A model generated the notes under the pieces. The model was given only the letters and a program-made list of their open reading frames with translations. It was not told where the DNA came from and made no database searches. The position numbers were made by a program, and so were the translations under genes. Shown in pieces: positions 1 to 9,939 of a stretch of 64,000 bases of DNA. The stretch is taken from NCBI GenBank assembly GCA_965226495.1, contig OZ245365.1:1088001-1152000 (forward strand), read 5' to 3'. The stretch is from Candidatus Marinacidobacterales bacterium. GTDB lineage: Bacteria > Acidobacteriota > Vicinamibacteria > Marinacidobacterales > DATDRI01. Position 1 is the stretch's first letter; every line of letters starts with the position of its first letter.

Positions 1-1
1 G

Positions 2-454
2 ATCGTCATCGTGGTGGCCCTTTTCAACTCGGTCCGTGAGCCTCTCATCATTTGGCTGACCGTCCCACTCTCGATCATCGGCGTTACCTTTGGGCTTCTC
101 ACATTCAGCCAGCCATTCGGGTTCATGGCTCTTCTCGGGCTCATGAGCCTGACCGGAATGCTCATCAAGAACGCCATCGTGTTGATGGACGAGATCAACT
201 TGAATCGGAGTAAGGGGAAACGGCAGTTCTGGGCGGTTGTCGATGCCGGCGTTAGTCGCATGCGCCCGGTCATGATGGCGGCGGCGACGACCATTCTTGG
301 CATGATTCCACTATTGACGGATGCGTTCTTTGTCGCGATGGCGGTGACGATCATGGTCGGATTGCTGGTGGCTACGGTATTGACGCTCGTCGTCGTACCG
401 GTGCTCTATACGATCCTCTTCCGAGTGCCGTACGAGGGGGATACGCCAGCGTGA
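2..454 (+). CDS. RND efflux transporter permease (AcrB/AcrD/AcrF family), C-terminal part, truncated by window start
   Basis: Hydrophobic helices with GMLIKNAIVLMD and SRMRPVMMAAATTILGMIPL, the typical RND TM10-11 motifs. Confidence 0.92.
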   Translation: MVIVVALFNSVREPLIIWLTVPLSIIGVTFGLLTFSQPFGFMALLGLMSLTGMLIKNAIVLMDEINLNRSKGKRQFWAVVDAGVSRMRPVMMAAATTILGMIPLLTDAFFVAMAVTIMVGLLVATVLTLVVVPVLYTILFRVPYEGDTPA

Positions 455-492
455 GCGGCGCCTGACATGTTGACGGGTGGGAGGTGTAGCCC

Positions 493-885
493 ATGAGAAA
501 GAAAGTCTGGCTTGTCGCGATTGGTTGTGCCGCTATTTGTCTGGTGGGCAGTTTCACGTCGGCACAAGAACCGGTCCATTGGGACGTATTCGAGCAGATC
601 CTCGACGAGGCGTTCGAACGATCCGAGGTCATGTCGAACGCCGGCTGGTTGACCGACGTCTACGGGCCGCGAAACTCGAAGTCGAGCGGCTACGTTGCGG
701 CGTCGAAGTGGGCTCGCCAAAAACTAGAGGACTACCGGGCTCTCGAACGCCCGGTTGGAGCCGTTCGAGTTCGGTCGCGGTTGGGAGAACCTGTACTCGT
801 CGTTCCACATGGTCGCTCCGACGTACATGCCCATCATCGGCTACCCCGCGGCTTGGTCGGCGGGCACCGAGGGGAAGATCCGACT
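493..885 (+). pseudogene. N-terminal fragment of a secreted M28/M20-like peptidase (frameshifted, truncated)
   Basis: GGAGG RBS, signal peptide, then SEVM..WLTDVYGPR..S.GY..A.KWA. An extra C near 736 shifts frame; the sequence continues GLSNARLEPFEFGRGW...PIIGYPAAWSAGTEGKI and then breaks off. Confidence 0.7.
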
Positions 886-958
886 GCAGGCGGCGTTCCT
901 CCAGCGTCACTCCGCTGCGCGGGATCGCCGACGCTCGCGGGGCTCGGCGGGACCGATT

Positions 959-1204
959 CTCGCCGACCAGGTCGGCATCTCTGCCGCCCAATTGGCGGTC
1001 CTCTGGTGTAAGGACCAACCTGGGATTACGGCGCCCCTTCTGGGGACGAGAACGCTAGAGCATCTCGAGCACCTCCTGCCGGTCGCCGAAATGAAGCTGG
1101 ACGATGAGACGCGCGCCGCCTGTGATCGCTTGGTGCCACCGGGTAGCGTTGTCGCCAATTTCCACAATACCGCGTGCTGGATGAAGACCTCCGTGCCCGA
1201 ATGA
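959..1204 (+). pseudogene. C-terminal fragment of an aldo/keto reductase
   Basis: LADQVGISAAQLAVLWCKDQPGITAPLLGTRTLEHLEHLL matches the AKR C-terminal NADPH-binding region. No N-terminus is present. Confidence 0.75.
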
Positions 1205-1249
1205 GCCGCTCTCTCGGGCTGTTTCAATGAAAACCTTTGAGTTTAGAGG

Positions 1250-2572
1250 GTGATGGCAATGAGACTATGCAAAACCGCATTGTTCGTACTGATGCTCACA
1301 TCAGCTAGGCTAGGGTTTGCTCAAGAAGTCGCGCAAACTACCGTCTTAACCAATGTCACGGTGATCGACGCCACCGGGCAACCCCCCATTGAAAATGCCA
1401 CCGTCATTATCGAAGGCAATCGAATATCAGAAATACTCCAAACTCCTTATGCGGGCTCTCGCGCAGGCGAGAACACACGCGTCCTAGATCTAGGAGGCGG
1501 TTACGTTTTGCCTGGTCTGTGGAACAACCATTCTCACTTGGCCGACCTCCTACCGGACCCCAAGGGTCTGCTGGTCGATGAACCGCTCCTGCGTGCGACG
1601 ATACGGGCGGGCCGCAACGCCATGGACGCTTTGAAGGGCGGGTTCACATCCCTGAGGATGACGGGCGAACGCGACTTTGTCGACGTTGCGTGGAAGGAAG
1701 CCTTCGATGCAGGTGTTTTCGCAGGACCACGCATCGTTCCCTCTGGCAATCCCATTTCGGTTGGAGTCGATGATGACTGGTTGGTCGTCTCGGCGAGCGG
1801 TCCAGAGGAAATCCGACAGATAGTCAGGAGCCACGTCCAAAACGGTGCCGAAATCATCAAGATCATCGCCAGTCGGATGAACTCCCAGGAGATCTTCGCC
1901 GCCATCGACGAGGCTCACACACAAGGGGTTCCAATCACCGCCCATTCGGGGGGCGAAACGGCCCGCATAGCCGTCGTGCACGGGGTGGACGGCATAGAGC
2001 ATGGGAATCAATTGACCGATGAGACGATTCGCTTGATGGCCGAAAAGAATGTCTTCCTGGATCCCACGATCGTTTGCAACCTGAGCGCGGAATACATTGC
2101 CGAACGGGAACAACTCATAGAGGATGCAGGTTTCGCAGCCCCCGACGACGTGGTCGAGGGGAGGATCTTGGTGGCCTACGCCGATGAAAGATCTCCCGAG
2201 ATGGCTCGCAGTGCCCGTGTGGTTTTGAACAAAGCCTTCGAAGCCGGTGTCAAGATCATCACCGGAAGCGACTCCAATCCCATCGACGAGATTGGCATGT
2301 TGGAGATTGAACAGTTGGTATTTTCCGGCCTCAGCGAAATGGCCGCCATCATGGCGGCGACGAGAAACTCCGCGGAGATGGTTGGAAAACTGGACGATTT
2401 GGGAACCGTCGAAGCCGGCAAGCTGGCCGACCTCATTGTCCTCGAGAAGAACCCACTCGAGAACATCTCCAACCTTCGGACGTTGTCGATGGTCATCAAG
2501 GACGGCAAGCTCGTTAATCTCACGGAAGATGAAGGACAGACGAGTTTCTGGAAACTGTATTTCTTGGATTGA
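1250..2572 (+). CDS. Secreted amidohydrolase family protein
   Basis: Signal peptide, VLPGLWNNHSH metal motif, AH, IEHG, GSD, and C-terminal GTVEAGKLADLIVL..NPL. Confidence 0.9.
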   Translation: MMAMRLCKTALFVLMLTSARLGFAQEVAQTTVLTNVTVIDATGQPPIENATVIIEGNRISEILQTPYAGSRAGENTRVLDLGGGYVLPGLWNNHSHLADLLPDPKGLLVDEPLLRATIRAGRNAMDALKGGFTSLRMTGERDFVDVAWKEAFDAGVFAGPRIVPSGNPISVGVDDDWLVVSASGPEEIRQIVRSHVQNGAEIIKIIASRMNSQEIFAAIDEAHTQGVPITAHSGGETARIAVVHGVDGIEHGNQLTDETIRLMAEKNVFLDPTIVCNLSAEYIAEREQLIEDAGFAAPDDVVEGRILVAYADERSPEMARSARVVLNKAFEAGVKIITGSDSNPIDEIGMLEIEQLVFSGLSEMAAIMAATRNSAEMVGKLDDLGTVEAGKLADLIVLEKNPLENISNLRTLSMVIKDGKLVNLTEDEGQTSFWKLYFLD

Positions 2573-2654
2573 GGAAGACGCCGCGTCGCAGAATAAAAAC
2601 TCGTCCGGACGAGGTTTTCCATGTCGTGTGGACGCCGCTCGAAGGGGAAACGAA

Positions 2655-4136
2655 ATGAAATCGAGCTCTTTTCGGGCAGTCGCGAGCCTGTTGCTATTGT
2701 TATCGGTAGCGTTTGCGTTCCCTTTGAAGTGCTTGTTCGGGCAGGGGGCAGGAAGGAAGGTGGAGCAGAAATCGTTGCCCGAGGGTAAAGACGTTTTCGA
2801 TCTAACTCTCAGCGAAACGGCAGCTTTTTCGAGTTCAAAGAATTTCGAGTTAGTGGGTCATAGCTACTTCAAAGGCCCTTGGCTGACTCTGTTCGCACGA
2901 CAGAACGGCCTGGGGGCCGGCTTCAATACGCCGCGGATTCACGAGGGCATCGCCTTCTTGGGCGGCTACGATAGCCCGCCAACGCTCTTCGGAATTCTCA
3001 TCGCCGACGTGTCCAATCCGAAGAAAATGGAGGCGTTGAGCTTCATCCCGTGCAATCCGGGAACGCGTTGCAACTACATTCGACTGAACGCGAGTCGGCA
3101 GATCTTGGTAGCGACACAGGATACGCGGGCGACGAACCCCACCCAGCCACGCCCAGGCGAACCGGTCAGGGCTGGCATAAGCTTCCATGATGTTTCCGAT
3201 CCGCGGGACCCGCAGCCTTTGGCATTCTTCCAGACTCGAGAGAGTGGGAGGACGCACGGGTTCGAGATCGACGAAAGTTTTGTCTATGCCTGTGCGAATA
3301 CGCCGGACAGCAAAGTGGGCGCTCCCGGAGGAAACCAGGAGCTGCTCATCATCGACTATCGAGATTCGGCATCTCCCACGCTCGCCAGCTCATTACACAT
3401 CGCGGGGCAACATCAAGGGGAGGAGTTTGAAGAACCCGATCGGTTCAATCCTGACGGAACCGAACAGAAAGTCTGGTGCCACGAGGTAACGCTTCACAAG
3501 AAGCGACTCTACATCGCGTGGCGGGACGCAGGCCTTGTGATCGTGGATGTGAGTAACCCCTTCGAGCCAACGATTATCTCGAGGCTCGATTACGTGCCCC
3601 CCTTTAGTGGCGGTTCGATTGGAGCCGCTCACACGTCCGCTCCGGTCGTCACTGATCCGGACGAACATCCAAGCTTGCTCGTACTCACCGACGAGATCTT
3701 TGACTGCCCGCCTGGTTTTGGTCGCCTTGTCGATATCTCGGACTTGTCTAATCCGCAAGTAGTTTCGAGTTACCGTATTCCTCACGTAGACGACGACTTC
3801 AATTCAATGGAAGGAGAGTTTGAATGCCCGCCGGGTGAACAATCGGTTCACTTGCCGTGGTTCGACTTCCGTGCGCCGAGCCTTCTCTATCAAGCATGGT
3901 ATGACCAGGGCGTGCGGGTCTGGGATATCTCAAACCCATTCCTTCCGCGGGAAATCGGTTTTTATCTGTCGCCGCGCTACGCGGCTCCCGGTAGAGTTGA
4001 CCGGCACACTCGGGAGGTTTTTCAGGATCCCGATACCGAACTCCTCTACGTTACCGACGGAAGTGGCGGGGGGTTGACCGTACTGCGGTGGATCGGGCCG
4101 ATTCCCAAGGGCGATCTAATCCCGGCGGCACGCTAA
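2655..4136 (+). CDS. Secreted LVIVD-repeat beta-propeller protein
   Basis: ATG at 2655 after a GAAGGGG RBS, signal peptide, and repeated motifs (IADVSNP, FHDVSDP, LVIVDVSNP, LVDISDLSNP, VWDISNP). Confidence 0.8.
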   Translation: MKSSSFRAVASLLLLLSVAFAFPLKCLFGQGAGRKVEQKSLPEGKDVFDLTLSETAAFSSSKNFELVGHSYFKGPWLTLFARQNGLGAGFNTPRIHEGIAFLGGYDSPPTLFGILIADVSNPKKMEALSFIPCNPGTRCNYIRLNASRQILVATQDTRATNPTQPRPGEPVRAGISFHDVSDPRDPQPLAFFQTRESGRTHGFEIDESFVYACANTPDSKVGAPGGNQELLIIDYRDSASPTLASSLHIAGQHQGEEFEEPDRFNPDGTEQKVWCHEVTLHKKRLYIAWRDAGLVIVDVSNPFEPTIISRLDYVPPFSGGSIGAAHTSAPVVTDPDEHPSLLVLTDEIFDCPPGFGRLVDISDLSNPQVVSSYRIPHVDDDFNSMEGEFECPPGEQSVHLPWFDFRAPSLLYQAWYDQGVRVWDISNPFLPREIGFYLSPRYAAPGRVDRHTREVFQDPDTELLYVTDGSGGGLTVLRWIGPIPKGDLIPAAR

Positions 4137-4331
4137 TTATTCAACCCGGAGGACTTTCCCCCCGGTACCTAACGCGTGCAAGATAGCCTCGATAAGCCAA
4201 CCCTAAGAAAACAAAACGGATAGACCCGCAGCTGGTCACCCGGCGTGCCGGCACGTCCCTTGCTACTGCTGCCCGTACGTCCGGCGAATTCCGTCTAGAT
4301 CCACCGATCGAAACCGTCACCAGGGAGGTTC

Positions 4332-5207
4332 GTGATGTCATGGCATCGTCCGCTTTCGGGAATAGCGAAGCACCTGAAGCTCGGAGTATTGCTCCTACTT
4401 GTCGCCACGGCACTGCATTGCAAGGGAGCTAACATCCAGGGGCCGGAGGACATGGAAGAGGAGGCGATGTCCTCTGAAGCTTCCGAACCTAGCACAGCGA
4501 GCTCGGACGTGGGCCCTTCTGAGCAGGGCGCCGTGGGATCGGTGGTTGGAACTGTCGAAGTGGACGGCAGACCCATGCCCGGTGTCGAGGTCGCGGCGAC
4601 GCCCGACCTCTTTGGTCCGAGAGGGGGTACTCCGGCTCGATCGACGATGACGGGGCCGGGAGGAGAGTTTGGTTTCTCCGATTTAGAATCAGGCGTATTC
4701 GCGATCGAGGCCGGGGCCACTATGCTCGACAGTCTCGAATGCACCGGAGGGACCGTGGTCGAGTTCGCGTTCGAGGGGCAGGTCAAAACGGTAAATATCA
4801 AGTGCCCAGGGCACTCTGGCACGTTCGCCGGCACGCTTCGTTTCAGCGGAGGGGATCGGACCCACGACCCCTTTGTCTTCAGTGCCGGAGACGGTCGTGA
4901 CGTAAAAGTTACGTACCGGATGGGCGGTTCCGTCGACACTCTTGTGATCCAAGGACCAGCCTTTGCTCCTTCCTCGCTACCTCGTTTGAGCGGGCCGATC
5001 GACGCTTCGGGTCGCTTCACGATCCGGGGAGAAGGGCCAATCGCTGGTCACAAGGGAGTCAGCGTCGTGGCGACGGGGAGATTTATTGGTGCTGCTTTAT
5101 TCCAGGAAGCGGTCCTCGAGATCGACAAGATCGTCGTGGGCGGAGCCGGGGAGCTCCCCAAGGGGACGCCGATTAACTACGAGTTCACCGCCGCAACTCA
5201 GGAGTGA
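4332..5207 (+). CDS. Hypothetical exported/lipoprotein with carboxypeptidase-regulatory-like beta domain
   Basis: GGAGG RBS, hydrophobic leader ending ALHC, and the pattern GSVVGTV.VDGRPMPGVEV...TMTGPGGEFGFSDLESG. Confidence 0.6.
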   Translation: MMSWHRPLSGIAKHLKLGVLLLLVATALHCKGANIQGPEDMEEEAMSSEASEPSTASSDVGPSEQGAVGSVVGTVEVDGRPMPGVEVAATPDLFGPRGGTPARSTMTGPGGEFGFSDLESGVFAIEAGATMLDSLECTGGTVVEFAFEGQVKTVNIKCPGHSGTFAGTLRFSGGDRTHDPFVFSAGDGRDVKVTYRMGGSVDTLVIQGPAFAPSSLPRLSGPIDASGRFTIRGEGPIAGHKGVSVVATGRFIGAALFQEAVLEIDKIVVGGAGELPKGTPINYEFTAATQE

Positions 5208-5282
5208 GTTTCTCAGAACCAAGCTGTTAGTTTCGTTCGGTGGCTTGACACGCCATCGCCGCTCGAGGGCAAAAACGCGGCG

Positions 5283-7079
5283 TCACCAGCCGCAAGTTCG
5301 TCCCTTGTTCTGATCCTCCAGCCACGCCATCAGGGGCGCGAAGTAGTCGATGATGGCGCTCGCATCCATTTCGCGTCCGCCCGTGAACTCCTCCATGGTG
5401 TCTTGCCAGGGCTGGGACGTTCCTTTCTCCAGCATGGCTGCCAATCGCTCACCGGCTTCCTGGCTGCCATAGATGGAGCACTCGTGGAGTGGACCTTGCT
5501 CGCCCGCAGCCTTGCAGGCGGCTCGGTGGAACTGGAACTGAAGTATGCGGGCAATGAAGTAGCGTGTGTAGGAGACGTTTGCCGGTATGTGGTACTTGGC
5601 GCCCGGATCGAAGTCGGCTTCAGTGCGCTCAATAGGAGGAGCAATGCCTTGATAACGCTCACGAAGCTCCCACCAGGACGCGTTGTAATGCTCAGGAGCG
5701 ATTTCGCCCGCGAATACCAGCCAACGCCATTGATCAATGAGTTTGCCAAACGGTAGGAATCCGATCTTGTCTAGAGCCAAGTTCATCTGCTGGTTGATCA
5801 CCGCCTCGCGGCTAGTCTCGACGCCATCTGTGAGGCCGACCTGGTGAAGGTAGGCCGGTGTCATCGATAGATTGATTGTGTCGCCGATACCCTCATGGAA
5901 TCCCGGATTGGCACTCGTTTGATAAAGCGCCGGCAGGTGGCCGTAGTGCAGGTAGTAATAGACGTGCCCCAGCTCGTGATGCACGGTCACCAGCTGGTCC
6001 GCAGTGGGTTCGATGCATTGCTTGATGCGCACGTCCTTGCCGGAATCCATGTTCCAGGCACTGGCGTGGCATACCACCTCGCGGTCTTGTGGTTTGGTGA
6101 GCATGGAGCGTTCCCAGAAAGACTCCGGAAGCTTGGGCATCCCTAAGGAGACGAAGAAGCCCTCCGCGAGCTCGGTCATGCGAATCGGATCGTAGCCCTG
6201 ATCGACGAGGGCTTTGCCGACATCTAGCTCGGCCACGCCGGGATAAGGCTCCACCAAGTCGTAGATGTTGGCCCACTCTTGCGCCCACATGTTTCCGAGG
6301 AGATGCGCGGGGATGGGTCCATCGGAAGGGACTTTGTCCTCTCCGTAATGCTCGCCGAGTCGCGCTCTGACGTAGCAGTGCAGCTGCTCGTACAGAGGCT
6401 CCACCTGGCTCCAAAGCCGCTCCGTTTCTTGCGCAAACTCATCGGGAGTCATGTCGTAGGCGGAACGCCACATCTGGCCGAGATCCCCAAAGCCAAGGTT
6501 TCGCGCGCCCTCGTTCGCCAGCTCCGCGAACCGCTTGTAGGCCGAACGCATGGGCGGTGAGACGGTCCGCCAGCCTCTCCAAGCGTCCAAGAGCTCGCCA
6601 TAATCACGGCTTTCAGCTAGTACTCGCTCGAGCTCAGGCAAATTCTTGCAGGTCTCCTCCCCGCCGGAACAGTACTTGCCTTCGCCGTAAGCGCCGGTGA
6701 GCTCCTGGTACAGGCTGGTGAGCTCCTCGCGATTTCTGGCATCCGCGGGCGCCGGGCGCCGCGTGTCCTGTAGCTTTAGCAGCTTGAGCGAACGTGCGAC
6801 GTCGGCCCCCAAGTCTTGGTCCAGGTAACGCCTCGATTCGGCTACCACTTGATTCTGATACTCGAGGAAGCGCTACTGTGCTTTAGCTGCGAGAATTGCG
6901 GTGTCCGGCGTTATATAGGTTGCGCGGACCCAAGCGGCGGCGGCCGCCTCTTTCTCGAGCTCCTCGAGCTCCCGATTGACGCGCGTGATGAACTCCTCGG
7001 CGGTCTCTTCGGTGGCCCGCGCCCCTTGACATGTCGCAACCAAGAACGCCAGCATGAGTAGCATCCGGTTCGTTGACAT
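5283..7079 (-). pseudogene. M2 family metallopeptidase (ACE/peptidyl-dipeptidase A-like) with one in-frame TAG
   Basis: HHELGH zinc motif, ANPGFHEGIGD, HLLGNMWAQ and DFDPGAKYHIP. The signal-peptide ORF (6873-7079) is in frame with the main ORF, separated only by TAG at 6875-6873. Confidence 0.9.
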
Positions 7080-7093
7080 CAAATCACCTTTCG

Positions 7094-7625
7094 CTAGTAG
7101 ATTCCCTTCACCAGCTCTTCATCGGTGGGAACGTAGTTCAACGCATCATGCTTTGGCTTCGAAGTTCCCTGAGTCACGAGCGAAACCGTGACGAAAGTAA
7201 TGAGGCTTACCACCGGTGGAATTAGTGTGTCGAGGCCCGCGTACGGTTCCGGAATCAAGAAGTACAGAACGACTCGCGTTAGGGTGCCGACGACGATGGC
7301 GGCAATCGCCCCCGGAGTGTTGGAACGTCTCCAATAGATGCCCAGCGCCATCGGTACAAAGCATCCGGCGAGAACGACGTCGAACGCGAGAATCAGCAGG
7401 ATACCAGGCTCTGGCCTGGAAGTAGGCGAAGGCGATCGAAGCGGCCATCGTAGGGAGTGCGATGAAGCGAGAGAAGCGCAGCATCGTGTCATCGCCCCAG
7501 GTCGATTTCGTGTAGCGCTGTACGAGATTCCGGGTGATGACGTTGGCTAGATCGAGGACCACTCCGGCGGCCGCGGACATACTCGCTGCGATCACGCCCA
7601 GGAGAATGGCGGTCCCGACGACGGC
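7094..7625 (-). pseudogene. C-terminal fragment of a sodium:solute symporter (SSS), frameshifted
   Basis: LGVIAASMSAAAG.....ANVITRNL (SSS motif), a frameshift near 7413, then LGIYWRRSNTPGAIA. The 5' part is missing. Confidence 0.75.
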
Positions 7626-9689
7626 GGGAAGTCTTGGCGAAGAGTCGAGAACGGCTTGCCCGGCGGTATGCTCGGGAAGATCGGCATCGACATCTATTCG
7701 AGGAATCCCCGTATTCTCTATGCGACGATCGATAACGCCAACTCGCCCGGAGTTTCCGACGACGCCAGGCGGCGCGAGTTCTTCGACGAAAAGCGGGCCA
7801 GTAAGCCGACGGTTGGCCATGCGATCTATCGCTCGGACGACGCCGGAGACTCGTGGCGTCAAGTCAGCCCGCCAGGCGAAAGCATCGGCAATCGGTCCAA
7901 CTACTATGGCCAGATCATCATCGACCCCAATGACGAGAACCACCTTTACGTACTGAGCTCGAGGGTGGATGTGTCTGTGGACGGTGGCAAGACCTGGACC
8001 CATCCGCTTCGTTACGGAGGCGATAATCACGTCCTGTGGATCGATCCGGCGGACTCCCGGCACATGATCATGGGTTATGACTATGGAATGGCGATCACCT
8101 ACGACGCGGGGGCGCGCTGGTACCACCCCGATGAGCTTTCGATGGCGCAGCTTTACGCGGTGGGCGTCGATATGGATTACCCCTATAACGTCTACGGCGG
8201 AACGCAGGACTTCGGCTCCTGGAAAGGGCCGAGCACGAAAAAGGGTCGTTTTCCGATTCGGTTCGAAGATTGGGAGCACATGAACGGAGGGGATGGGTTC
8301 TACAACCAGGTAGATCCAACCGACAGTCGGTGGCTCTACAGCGGCTCTCAGTTCGGGCACATCCAGCGGATCGATCAGAAGACCGGCGTTCGAAAGACGA
8401 TTCTCGGTGACCGTGACTCCGACCAGCGGTTCAATTGGAATACGCCGCTTCTGATCTCGCCGCATAACAGCGACGTCCTATACGTGGGGGCCAACGTTTT
8501 GCTCCGGTCTCCGTTTCGAGGCGAGCGTTGGGAGACAGTGAGTCCCGATCTGACGAAGAGCGACGCTAGCAAGTTCAAGGGTGTTGGTGCGGTGAGCTAC
8601 GGCACCATCACCACCGTCGACGAATCGCCTATTGAACAGGGGGTTCTCTGGGTGGGGACCGACGATGGCAACGTGCAGCTCTCTCGAGACGGCGGTGAAA
8701 CGTGGACGGACCTGAGCGAGAATGTCACCGGCAATCCCGGATACTGGGTGACCCGAATCACCGCCTCTCATCACGACGTGGGAACTGCCTACTTGAGCTA
8801 CACGGGTCTGCGCCGCGACGACTTCCGCTCTTTCGTCTACCGGACTACCGACTTCGGGAAGTCCTGAAGTTCGATTGCCTCCAACTTGCCCCCTGAGTCC
8901 GTCAACGTCATCAAAGAAGATCGAAAGAATCCCAATTTGCTTTTTGTCGGAACCGACAGGGGAGTCTACGCGAGCCTAAATGGGGGTCGGAATTGGGTCC
9001 GCATGACAAACAACCTACCCACCGTGGCGGTTCGTGATCTCGTAATACACCCACGGGAGAATGATCTCGTGGTGGGGACTCACGGCCGGGGATTCTACAT
9101 CACCGACATCTCTCCTCTGCAGGAGCTCACCCAAGAGGTATTGGCGTCCGAAGTGCACTTGTTCGAGATCGAGCCCAAGGTGCAATGGGTCATGCCGAGC
9201 CAGCCGTCGGTGAGCGCTCAGAACTTCGAGGGCGATAACGAGCCTCACGGTGTGGTGATCAACTATTACTTGAAGAAGGAACCCCCGGGCGACGTGTCGA
9301 TCCGGATCTACGATGGGACGCGGCTCATCAATGAGATAAGCGTGTCAGGATCGGTCGGGCTCAACACCGTCGAGTGGGGCATGACTAAGCGAAGACCCCG
9401 AACGTCTGAGGAAATCGGGCGTTGGGACGAGCGGAACGATGAGTCGGCGGAAGAGGAAGAGTTTTTCGATTACTACGACACGGTGGACTTTTACGGCGCT
9501 CCCGACGAAGAGGTGGACAAGTGGGGGCGATCGCTCGAGACGAGGGTTCACGCCGAGGCCGGTATCACCGAGCGCGAGTACGCCTATTTCCGCGTTCCGC
9601 CAGGCGCATACACTATCGAGCTTTTGGTTGGTGGTACAGAGCTGCGCGGCGAGGCGCTCATCTTGCAGGACCACTGGTATGACAAGTGA
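7617..9689 (+). pseudogene. VPS10/sortilin-like BNR (Asp-box) repeat protein, N-terminally truncated, with in-frame TGA at 8865-8867
   Basis: Asp-boxes DDGGKSW, SDDAGDSW, SVDGGKTW, SRDGGETW, TTDFGKS*, SLNGGRNW. Also RFNWNTP and GTHGRG. Starts abruptly with no signal peptide. Confidence 0.85.
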
Positions 9690-9691
9690 TA

Positions 9692-9744
9692 TCCCCCTCA
9701 CCCGGCCGCCTTTGGCGGCCGACCTCTCCCCGGAAGGGGAGAAG
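9692..9744. repeat. REP-like GC-rich double hairpin (CCCCCTCACCC...GACCTCTCCCC...GGGGAGA)
   Basis: Same core as the elements at 32026-32177 and 54619-54769. Lies immediately after a stop codon. Confidence 0.75.
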
Positions 9745-9939
9745 TACATCAACCACACTTTTGAATATGAGTGCAAGGCACTCAACCAACTTGCGTCGCC
9801 CTTCTTTTCCCACTAGGATCGCCTAGAGCCTAACGGCTTTGAATCCTGGCGTTACGAAGACGACAACCTGAATGAATTTACCTAATCGGGGAAATATTCG
9901 GCCGTGCGGCGGTTTGGCCGTTGCTACGAGGGGATTTCC

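Noticed and set aside
7146-8465. 439-aa minus-strand ORF
   Set aside because: Mostly the antisense shadow of the BNR gene. Only its last ~90 codons overlap the SSS fragment, and only ~70 of those encode real SSS sequence.
8865-8867. TGA as selenocysteine or Trp (code 4)
   Set aside because: The position is an Asp-box Trp, not a Cys. TGA terminates many other genes normally (454, 2572, 9689, 29837, 60509).
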